Of a stretch of DNA of 64,000 nt, positions 48,463 through 56,123 are shown piece after piece. The DNA comes from Candidatus Latescibacterota bacterium. Lineage in GTDB: Bacteria; Latescibacterota; UBA2968. Made by a program: the position numbers and the translations under genes. Location: NCBI GenBank assembly GCA_965204375.1, contig OZ241986.1:5344001-5408000 (forward strand), in the 5' to 3' direction. Each line of letters starts with the position of its first letter. Position 1 is the stretch's first letter. The notes beneath the pieces were generated by a model, which saw only the letters and a list, made by a program, of their open reading frames with translations, did not search any database and was not told the origin of the DNA.

Positions 48463-48469
48463 GTAGGCA

Positions 48470-49927
48470 ATGTCTCAGGATAAGGAAAAAGACGGGTTTG
48501 TGCTGGTGACGGGAGCCAGTGGGTATGTTGGTGGGCGGCTGGTTCCGGCGCTTGAAGAACGGGGCGCGTGCGTGCGGTGTCTGGCTCGCAATCCCCAATT
48601 TCTGGCTGGTCGGTTTTGTTCCGATACCGAAATTGTCGCAGGGGATGTGCTGGATCGGGATTCGCTGAGGGTTGCTCTGGAGGGGGTAGATACGGCGTAC
48701 TATCTGGTGCATTCTATGGGATCCAGGGCTAATTTTGAGGAACAGGATCGCATTGGGGCACAAAATTTTGCTCGCGTCGCGCTGCAGCAAGGGGTTCGGC
48801 GCGTTATTTATTTGGGGGGTCTGGTTGGGGATCGCCAGCTTTCTTCCCATCTGGCGAGTCGCCAGGAGGTGGGAGCTATTCTAACTTCGGAGGGACCTGC
48901 AACGCTGGAGTTTCGCGCTTCTATTATTATTGGTTCGGGGTCGCTGTCTTTTGAGATGGTGCGCAGTCTGGTCAATAAGTTGCCGATTATGGTTACGCCG
49001 AGTTGGGTCCGCACGCCAACTCAGCCGATTGCGATTGAGGATGTGATCGCTTATTTGATCCGGGGGCTGGATGTGGAGGAGGAAGGGAGTGTGATTTTTG
49101 AGATTGGGGGTCCGGAACAGGTGTCGTACGGCGGGTTGATGCGCGAATATGCCCACCAGATTGGCGTGCGGCGTCTTATGATTCCGGTTCCTTTTTTGAG
49201 TCCTCGTCTTTCCAGTTTGTGGTTGGGGCTGGTGACGCCTCTTTACGCGCGGGTGGGTAAGAAGCTTATCGATAGTTTGCGCAATGAGACGATTGTTCGA
49301 GATGGTGGGGCGCGCGAGCGTTTTCCCGTCCGTCCACTAAATGTGCGTCAGGCGATGGCACGTGCGCTTGAGGAGGAGGACCGGGAGATGGCTCAGACCC
49401 GCTGGAGCGATGCGGTGTCTTCAAGCGGTGAGGAGCCTTTTTGGGGTGGAAGGCGTTTTGGTTCTCGCCTTGTTGATCGCCAGCAGGCTTTTGCGAGTGT
49501 GGAACCCGGCCGAGCTTTTGCCCCTGTTCAGCGCATTGGGGGAGATCAGGGTTGGTATTTTGCGACATGGATCTGGTATTTGCGGGGTTTTGTGGATTTG
49601 CTGTTGGGCGGGGTGGGTATGCGGCGAGGGCGACGGCACCCGGTTGATGTGCGGCCGGGAGATCCGCTGGATTTCTGGCGCGTTGAGGCTTTTGAAGCAT
49701 GTCGCCTTCTGCGCTTGCAGGCAGAGATGAAGGTGCCCGGTCGGGCATGGCTCCAGTTTGAGGTCCAGCCCGTGGAGGGGGGTAGCCAGATAACACAGAC
49801 GGCTATTTTCAATCCTCTGGGTTTGGGCGGCTTGCTTTATTGGTATGGGCTTTATCCCATCCACTATCTCATTTTCAAGCGTATGCTGAAGGGTATTGTC
49901 AAGCAGGCGGAGTTGGATATGCCTTAG
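48470..49927 (+). CDS. Atypical SDR with DUF2867 domain (YbjT-like)
   Basis: TGASGYVG, YYLVHSM, HLASR, DFWRVE, AEMKVPGRAWL. Confidence 0.9.
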   Translation: MSQDKEKDGFVLVTGASGYVGGRLVPALEERGACVRCLARNPQFLAGRFCSDTEIVAGDVLDRDSLRVALEGVDTAYYLVHSMGSRANFEEQDRIGAQNFARVALQQGVRRVIYLGGLVGDRQLSSHLASRQEVGAILTSEGPATLEFRASIIIGSGSLSFEMVRSLVNKLPIMVTPSWVRTPTQPIAIEDVIAYLIRGLDVEEEGSVIFEIGGPEQVSYGGLMREYAHQIGVRRLMIPVPFLSPRLSSLWLGLVTPLYARVGKKLIDSLRNETIVRDGGARERFPVRPLNVRQAMARALEEEDREMAQTRWSDAVSSSGEEPFWGGRRFGSRLVDRQQAFASVEPGRAFAPVQRIGGDQGWYFATWIWYLRGFVDLLLGGVGMRRGRRHPVDVRPGDPLDFWRVEAFEACRLLRLQAEMKVPGRAWLQFEVQPVEGGSQITQTAIFNPLGLGGLLYWYGLYPIHYLIFKRMLKGIVKQAELDMP

Positions 49928-50703
49928 CTGGTGATCTTTAAGAGTCTGCCTGCACCCCTGCCGGGATAGGTTCTCGAGTTGGCGCCCGGGTAAGCGTAGC
50001 CGTTTATGAAAATACGCCGCGATTTCTGCGAGCGGTTCGGTTCGCTGCCGTGGATGATATAAGGGTTGAACAAGGTTACGCTGCCAGCTTTCATGATTCC
50101 CGTAATGGCGTCGTCGGGATTGAATAGCGCCGGGTATTCTTCTTCGCTGCGACTCAGCAGGCCCAGATGTCCCAATTTGCAGCTTCCAGGGATGAATTTC
50201 AAAGGTCCACTTTCTTCGGTTACATCGTCAATGGCGATGGCTTGCTGGACAAAGCTGCCGCGTCCGTTGACGTCCTTCCACCAGGGTTTTCCATATCCCC
50301 GATGTTCGCTGTCCTGATGCCACGGAAATGCGACGTTGTCGCCGGGTATTTTGAAGTGGGCCTGGTTGATTAACTGGTTCATTTCGTTGCTGCCCAGCAA
50401 CTGGCTCGCCATTCCGAGTAGGCGGTGGTCTTTGCCGTATGCGAGTAATACTGGTTCGGCTGCCCCGCACCAGGAGATGCGGTGAATGATGACCTGTCCC
50501 GATTCCTTTCTTTCTATGGCAAAATCAGAGCCATTGTGGATCCCAGGTTCCGATAGTGCGTAGGCCATTTTTTGCAGACGGTCAAATCCGGCTCGCATTT
50601 CTTCGATTTCAGTTGGCGTAAAAACGTCCGGTACGATGACGAATCCGATTTCGAAGAATGCTTCGATCTGTTCTTCACTGAGCAGTGGCGTCAGGTTGCT
50701 CAT
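49924..50703 (-). CDS. Phytanoyl-CoA dioxygenase family Fe(II)/2OG oxygenase
   Basis: WHQD, GPLKFIPGS, HGSEPN...RR. Confidence 0.88.
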   Translation of the reverse strand: MSNLTPLLSEEQIEAFFEIGFVIVPDVFTPTEIEEMRAGFDRLQKMAYALSEPGIHNGSDFAIERKESGQVIIHRISWCGAAEPVLLAYGKDHRLLGMASQLLGSNEMNQLINQAHFKIPGDNVAFPWHQDSEHRGYGKPWWKDVNGRGSFVQQAIAIDDVTEESGPLKFIPGSCKLGHLGLLSRSEEEYPALFNPDDAITGIMKAGSVTLFNPYIIHGSEPNRSQKSRRIFINGYAYPGANSRTYPGRGAGRLLKITS

Positions 50704-50855
50704 AATAACCTCCCCAAAAAGCGAATGGCTCCGAGAAATCCCAGAGCCAACTGCCGACTAACCCCCAGTGCTAAAAAATATAGTCCTTAAAAGCCTGTCA
50801 TGTCAAGAATGTGTTTTTGAAATGGTGCGATAATCGAAATGCTTTTGTATATTAA

Positions 50856-50912
50856 GGAAATGAAAATGAACTGCCGATCCTCTGCATACCTGAAGAACTA
50901 CTTGGAGAATAA
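50856..50912 (+). pseudogene. C-terminal remnant of a PIN toxin
   Basis: ELPILCIPEELLGE* resembles the PIN C-terminus PPILCTPEELLE (32419-32901); no upstream gene body. Confidence 0.6.
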
Positions 50913-50917
50913 TCGCT

Positions 50918-51100
50918 ATGAAAGAACTAAACGATAAAGAGACCACAGATGAGGTTATCCAGGAGACAAGAAGGATCAAAGAAGCCCTGGCAAAGTCTAT
51001 GGATTTTGACATTGATCGCATTCTGAAAGATGCAAGGCCGAGACAGGGAAAGAGCGGTAGGAAGATTCTTTTTCCTCCAGTCCAGCAACTGGTTGATTAA
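50918..51100 (+). CDS. Orphan PIN-partner (antitoxin-like) protein
   Basis: DEVIQETRRIKEALAKSMDFDIDRIL, similar to 32235-32426; GGAG RBS. Confidence 0.6.
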   Translation: MKELNDKETTDEVIQETRRIKEALAKSMDFDIDRILKDARPRQGKSGRKILFPPVQQLVD

Positions 51101-51135
51101 GGTGCTTATGAATGGACAAGAGGTGGCAACATACG

Positions 51136-51369
51136 TTAGACTTCTGAAGCCATTTTGACATCAATCACAATATCGTTTTGCAATGCCTTTGCTGCGTATT
51201 CCAAAACACCATTCACGTCTTCAACTGTTAGTACCGGATACGCCTTCACTATTTCTCGATGTGACATATTGCGCGCGAGTAAGCCTAAAATTTGTTCAAC
51301 ACTCAATCGCGTTCCTTCAATAACTGGTTTGCCACCCAGAATCCCTGGATCTGAAATAATGTGTTTCAC
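51136..51369 (-). CDS. DUF433 family antitoxin-like protein
   Basis: IISDPGILGGKPVIEGTRLSV...YPVLTVEDV. Confidence 0.9.
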   Translation of the reverse strand: MKHIISDPGILGGKPVIEGTRLSVEQILGLLARNMSHREIVKAYPVLTVEDVNGVLEYAAKALQNDIVIDVKMASEV

Positions 51370-51614
51370 GTTTTAGCTCCTACCGGATTTAATGAGGTAT
51401 ATTTAAAAAAAGAGCGTATCCTTTAATGACTCAGGTGCAGGAGAAAGGATACGCTACCTGTCAAAGAATATACTCCTTGTGAAGTCGAAAGCCTTGAAGA
51501 TGTCTTTGTGTTCGTGCTTGCAAGATGATTTGTGCCTCCTTAGAAGAAGTATTGGTACTGAAAAATATAGCTATTAGAAGCCTACAATGTCAATCATGTT
51601 GTGGGGAAATCACA

Positions 51615-51884
51615 ATGGAACTTTACGAACTCGTCCTTGAAATGAAGCAGATTGAACGGCGGCTCACGCTTTATGAAGAAAAATACGGGATTCTCAGCCA
51701 GGATTTTTACGACAGTTTAATGGCGGGGAAATTATCGCGCTACGACGATTTTGATGAGACCCGAACGGATTTTAGTCGGTGGAAAGGTATTTACGAAATC
51801 TGGCAACGCCGCAAGACAGCCTATAGCGAACTAATCCAAAACAGCGATCCGGCAGATGCATTGCGTGTACAGCTCGCTTATTGA
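51615..51884 (+). CDS. Small antitoxin-like protein (TumA-like)
   Basis: LTLYEEKYGILSQDFY...G...DFSRW pattern. Confidence 0.5.
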   Translation: MELYELVLEMKQIERRLTLYEEKYGILSQDFYDSLMAGKLSRYDDFDETRTDFSRWKGIYEIWQRRKTAYSELIQNSDPADALRVQLAY

Positions 51885-51946
51885 TTAAATCTGAAAATCT
51901 CCTCAAATCTTTTGCTAAGATCAATTTGCTCGTCCGGAAATCCGCG

Positions 51947-53254
51947 ATGAATCTCTTTTCTAAAATTAAAGAAAATCCTCTTTTGAGTGCTCTTATTTTT
52001 CTGCTCATTTTGTTAGCGGTAGGTTTTTTGGCCGTCATGTTCTTCGAGCCCAAGTGGATTTTTGATCGATTAGGGATACCTGAAAAAGAAAAGAATAAGG
52101 CTTTGACATTTCTGGGAATCAGCATGGGCGGCATACTGATCGCCTTGCAAGCCTTGATGTCCTACAAACGTGCCAAGGCGATGGAGGAGACCGCAAAAGC
52201 TCAGGCCGATGCCGCAAAAGCTCAGGCGAGAGCCAATGAGAGCACGGAGCAGGGACTACGGCAGGAACGGCTGAAAAACGCCATTGAACATCTGGGACAC
52301 GACTCAAGCTCCGTGCGACTCGGTGGGGCTTATGAACTCTTTCATCTGGCAGAAGACAACAAAGATTTAAGAAAAACGGCATTCGACATGCTTTGCCTCC
52401 ATATCCGCCAGACGACAGGCGAAAATGAGTATCGGGAAAAGCACAAATCTAAACCTTCGGAAGAAGTCCAAAGCCTGTTGACATTATTGTTCGTACAGGA
52501 ACACACAGTTTTCAAAGATCTCCAAATCAATTTGCAGGGAAGTTGGTTGAACGGAGCAGACCTCCATGGAGCGCGTTTAGAAAAGGCCATTCTGACTGAG
52601 ACGCATCTACAAGGAGCTACACTTGCCGGAGCGCACTTGCAAAGAGCTAAGCTTATCAAGGCGCACCTACAAGAGGCGGATCTCCACAGAGTACAACTGG
52701 TAAGGGCGGATCTCTGGGACACCTACCTACAAGGGGCTTTTCTTATCGGTACACGCTTGCAAATGGCTATTCTTGACAGAGCACATCTGCAAGGAGCTTA
52801 TATCTCAGGGGTAAGCCTGCAAGGAGCTAAGCTTTATGGAGCACGCCTACAAGGAGCTAATATTTCAGGGACAGGTCTTCAAGGAGCTTCTCTTTATGAA
52901 GCATGCCTGCAAGGGACTGGAAGCAAGAATGGATTGTTAGGGACATCTTTTGTAGATCGTATCAGGGGGTCAATTGATCAAAATAAGTCAATTGGCGATG
53001 AAAGGGATATGTCCGAAGTGGTATTTGAAGGTGGATTGAGCCGAGAAGATGTGGACGCCCTCGTCGTAGGTTTGTCTGATGAAAAAGCAAATGATTTGCG
53101 GAGGATACTGGAACTACATATTGATAAGCGACCAAGCTATAAACTACCAGAAAACAGCGGTGCCATTACCGGGGCCTACACTGAAGAAGATGCTCAAAAA
53201 TGGATTGCTGAATATAAAGAAGCTATGTCAGAAGTGCCGGAGGACGATAACTAA
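51947..53254 (+). CDS. Membrane-anchored pentapeptide repeat protein
   Basis: Two N-terminal TMs; ERLKNAIEHLG..VRLGGAYEL; about 25 A(D/H)LxG-type pentapeptides; TAATG overlap with mod. Start may be TTG 51881. Confidence 0.85.
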   Translation: MNLFSKIKENPLLSALIFLLILLAVGFLAVMFFEPKWIFDRLGIPEKEKNKALTFLGISMGGILIALQALMSYKRAKAMEETAKAQADAAKAQARANESTEQGLRQERLKNAIEHLGHDSSSVRLGGAYELFHLAEDNKDLRKTAFDMLCLHIRQTTGENEYREKHKSKPSEEVQSLLTLLFVQEHTVFKDLQINLQGSWLNGADLHGARLEKAILTETHLQGATLAGAHLQRAKLIKAHLQEADLHRVQLVRADLWDTYLQGAFLIGTRLQMAILDRAHLQGAYISGVSLQGAKLYGARLQGANISGTGLQGASLYEACLQGTGSKNGLLGTSFVDRIRGSIDQNKSIGDERDMSEVVFEGGLSREDVDALVVGLSDEKANDLRRILELHIDKRPSYKLPENSGAITGAYTEEDAQKWIAEYKEAMSEVPEDDN

Positions 53255-54789
53255 TGCCTATCCTACACTGGCTAACACGAGACGAAGATATCCGTGCTGC
53301 TACTCGCGTGCCGTATCGATTGCTGGAGGAAGCATCTGACCTTTCCACTGGTGATACGGATGCCAGCAATATGCTCATCCAGGGCGATAATCTTGACGCG
53401 CTCAAGGCATTGCTGCCGTTCTATGCTGGACAGGTGAAGTGCATTTATATTGATCCGCCGTATAATACCGGGTCTGCTTTTGAGCATTACGACGACAATC
53501 TGGAACACAGCAAGTGGCTTTCGATGATGTGGTCGCGCCTTGAGTTGTTGCGGGAATTTCTTTCAGATGATGGCTCAATTTGGATCAACATTGATGACGA
53601 TGAAGGGCATTATCTGAAAGTTATTATGGATGAGATTTTTAGCCGTAAAAGTTTTATCTCTAATTGCGTCTGGCAGAAGAGGACATCGCCAGATGGTCGA
53701 ATTAACATGGGCGATGCTCATGATCACATTCTCGTGTATGGTAGCCAAGCGGCGAGGAACAGTTTTAATAATATGGAACTCACCCAAGAGCAGCGCAAAG
53801 CTTACAAGAATCCTGACAATGATCCAAAGGGCCCCTGGGTTTCTACTGATTTCACCGCTCAAGGGTATCGCCCCAACCAGATGTATGAAATTGTAACTCC
53901 GGGTGGTGTTCGCTACTTGCCTCCAGATGGCCGATGTTGGGTAAACGTTGAGGAGAGTTTTAACGCATTACGAGAGCAAGGGCGGATATGGTTCGGGATA
54001 CAGGGAAAGTCTCGACCAAGAGTTAAAAACTATCTTTTAGAGGCGGAAGGCGTGAAATCTTGGAGTTGGTGGACAAATAAAGAGACTGGGCACAATCAGG
54101 AGGCTAAGAAAGAGGTAAATACACTTTTTGGAGCAGCCAATACGTTTGACACGCCAAAACCCGAACGTCTCATTCAACGCATCCTTCACATTGCCACCAA
54201 TCCCGGCGATCTCGTCCTCGATTCTTTTCTCGGCTCTGGCACCACGGCGGCGGTGGCGCATAAAATGGGGCGGCGGTACATTGGTATTGAGATGGGTGAG
54301 CACGCGGTCAGTCACTGCGTTCCGCGTCTGCGGAAAGTGATTGAGGGCGAGCAGGGTGGTATTTCGAAGAGTGTCAATTGGCAGGGTGGTGGTGGGTTTC
54401 GCTTCTATCGCCTCGGTCCGCCTGTGTTTGATGAGGATGGACAGATTCGGTCAGATATTCGATTTTCAGTGCTGGCCGCGCATGTCTATTTTAGCGAGAC
54501 CGGACAGCCGTGGAATGGGACGGGTAATTCACCTTTTCTCGGTTTGCACGATGGTCGTGCCTATGCGTTGCTGTACAATGGTATTCTTGGAGATAAGCGA
54601 CCGGGTGGTGGGAATGTTTTGACTCGGGCAACATTGGCGCACATTCGTGAGGAAATCGCTAAAGTACATCCAGACGCCGATGGCCCGTTGACGGTTTATG
54701 GCGAGCAGTCTCGTTTGATGCCACAGACACTTGAGCGCGAGGGCATTGTTTTTAAGCAGACACCTTATGATGTGAAGGCTCGGATGTGA
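53254..54789 (+). CDS. mod: Type III R-M adenine DNA methyltransferase
   Basis: GDNL, IDPPYNTG, TPKPE, DSFLGSGTT. Confidence 0.9.
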   Translation: MPILHWLTRDEDIRAATRVPYRLLEEASDLSTGDTDASNMLIQGDNLDALKALLPFYAGQVKCIYIDPPYNTGSAFEHYDDNLEHSKWLSMMWSRLELLREFLSDDGSIWINIDDDEGHYLKVIMDEIFSRKSFISNCVWQKRTSPDGRINMGDAHDHILVYGSQAARNSFNNMELTQEQRKAYKNPDNDPKGPWVSTDFTAQGYRPNQMYEIVTPGGVRYLPPDGRCWVNVEESFNALREQGRIWFGIQGKSRPRVKNYLLEAEGVKSWSWWTNKETGHNQEAKKEVNTLFGAANTFDTPKPERLIQRILHIATNPGDLVLDSFLGSGTTAAVAHKMGRRYIGIEMGEHAVSHCVPRLRKVIEGEQGGISKSVNWQGGGGFRFYRLGPPVFDEDGQIRSDIRFSVLAAHVYFSETGQPWNGTGNSPFLGLHDGRAYALLYNGILGDKRPGGGNVLTRATLAHIREEIAKVHPDADGPLTVYGEQSRLMPQTLEREGIVFKQTPYDVKARM

Positions 54790-54860
54790 GGGGCGATCAT
54801 CGTGTAAGTAACTGATGTTGCGCGGTGTCCCTGTATCTCGTCATGCTTATGGAAATCACG

Positions 54861-55142
54861 TCACGCATCTAACATGCATTGAAATGCGTCGAGATTGGGT
54901 GCTTGGACCGCCGCGCGGTGCAACTGCTTGAGGTGTTGCAAGTCGTCAATGGCGGCAATGCGCGTGGATAGGGGATGCGCTTCGTTCAGGTCAAACCGAA
55001 TTTCCAACACTTCGAGGATAGCTGCGATCGTGCTTCTTCTTTCGCCTTGCTCAATGCCCTCCTCAAGACCCTGCTCTCTGGCTTCCTCTCTGCTTTGTTG
55101 GGTAAGGGATTGAAAAAGAGATGATTCGCGCAAGATGTCCAT
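54861..55142 (-). CDS. Putative in-frame internal small product (RpnS-like antitoxin), 93 aa
   Basis: AAGGAGG at 55154-55148, 5 nt before in-frame ATG (MDILRESSLFQ). Confidence 0.6.
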   Translation of the reverse strand: MDILRESSLFQSLTQQSREEAREQGLEEGIEQGERRSTIAAILEVLEIRFDLNEAHPLSTRIAAIDDLQHLKQLHRAAVQAPNLDAFQCMLDA

Positions 55143-55781
55143 GATGCCCTCCTTGAAAATAATAGCAGAAATGGTTTCAGAATCATATACCAACTCGCTC
55201 AAGGCCACCATCCCAGCCAGATAATCGGCTTTGGGCGACCGCGCGATGGGGCGCATCCGAGCGGTGTAAATACACTGATGTAACCACGCATCTGAGGCCA
55301 TCCCTTCAGGGGGTTTCATCAAAGGGGTGAATGGGATCAGACCCGAATGCCTCGCGCTCAGGATGGGTTGGCCTTCTATTTCGATCAGTCTGATCACGCG
55401 ATACCGAATCGTGATTTCGTAGATAGGGAACTCCTGGATGTAATATCCCGGATCGTTCTGTCCTGCATTGGGACGCAGGTAAATGACATTGGAAAAGATC
55501 GGCAGACCGTGATGCTCAATGGCACGTCCGATATAGCCAGCCATGCGCTGCGGCATAGGCGGATTGGTGCTGTCAGTCGTTTGAAACTCGTTGTGGACTA
55601 ATGCTTCCTCACCAGCGATACGCACGCGGATGAAGCTGTCGCTGCGGCGTGCTCTGATTGTGGGTTGCTCTGTTTCGATGACTTCAATGACCTCGGCGTC
55701 GTCTCGCGCGAGGGCGAAGCGGGTGAAGTGGTCGGGATAGTGTTGAATCAGGTATTTGGATATGGTGTCTATGTCTGCCAT
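54861..55781 (-). CDS. Rpn/YhgA-like PD-(D/E)XK nuclease
   Basis: RSDSF...HNEFQT...MPQRMAGY, VIYL, LIPFTPLM, EQGLEEGIEQG, RF...L.QL. Confidence 0.8.
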   Translation of the reverse strand: MADIDTISKYLIQHYPDHFTRFALARDDAEVIEVIETEQPTIRARRSDSFIRVRIAGEEALVHNEFQTTDSTNPPMPQRMAGYIGRAIEHHGLPIFSNVIYLRPNAGQNDPGYYIQEFPIYEITIRYRVIRLIEIEGQPILSARHSGLIPFTPLMKPPEGMASDAWLHQCIYTARMRPIARSPKADYLAGMVALSELVYDSETISAIIFKEGIMDILRESSLFQSLTQQSREEAREQGLEEGIEQGERRSTIAAILEVLEIRFDLNEAHPLSTRIAAIDDLQHLKQLHRAAVQAPNLDAFQCMLDA

Positions 55782-55841
55782 GTGAGATGCCTCGCGTCTG
55801 ATGGGGTGAGCGCGTGGGACACGCGGAACACTCAGACACAA

Positions 55842-55857
55842 AGCAAAAGGCAGGCCA
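55842..55857 (-). promoter_or_regulatory. Sigma54-like -24/-12 promoter for the Rpn gene
   Basis: TGGCCT-N5-TTGCT. Confidence 0.45.
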
Positions 55858-55948
55858 AAAAATGGTAATTCTCCAAAAAATTGAGCGATATTTTGCGTTG
55901 GCAGACGTCTAAACACCACATTGTGCTTTAAATATGCTGTATTGCATA

Positions 55949-56055
55949 CTTGTTCACAACCTGAATTTAATCCTCAGGCATGTCCCTGCGGATTTAAGCA
56001 GGGATGGACGCAGATGGGCACAGATGAAAGTTAAAAGGGTACATTTTGAGCTATG
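55949..56055 (+). repeat. Left copy of ~82-bp inverted repeat, with 26-nt nested hairpin
   Basis: CTTGTTCACAACCTGAATTTAA...ATGGACGCAGATGGGCACAGATGAAAG...AAAGGGTACATTTTGA; reverse complement at 60385-60466. Confidence 0.85.
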
Positions 56056-56123
56056 AACGGGCGGTTATGTGAAAGATATGTACCGTTCAAAAAATATCCG
56101 AACCATTGTTGAGCAGATGTGTT

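Noticed and set aside
53254-54789. Phase-variable mod gene
   Set aside because: No simple-sequence repeat tract seen in or upstream of mod.
54861-55781. IS transposase
   Set aside because: Rpn/YhgA-like family; no terminal inverted repeats or target duplication seen around the gene.
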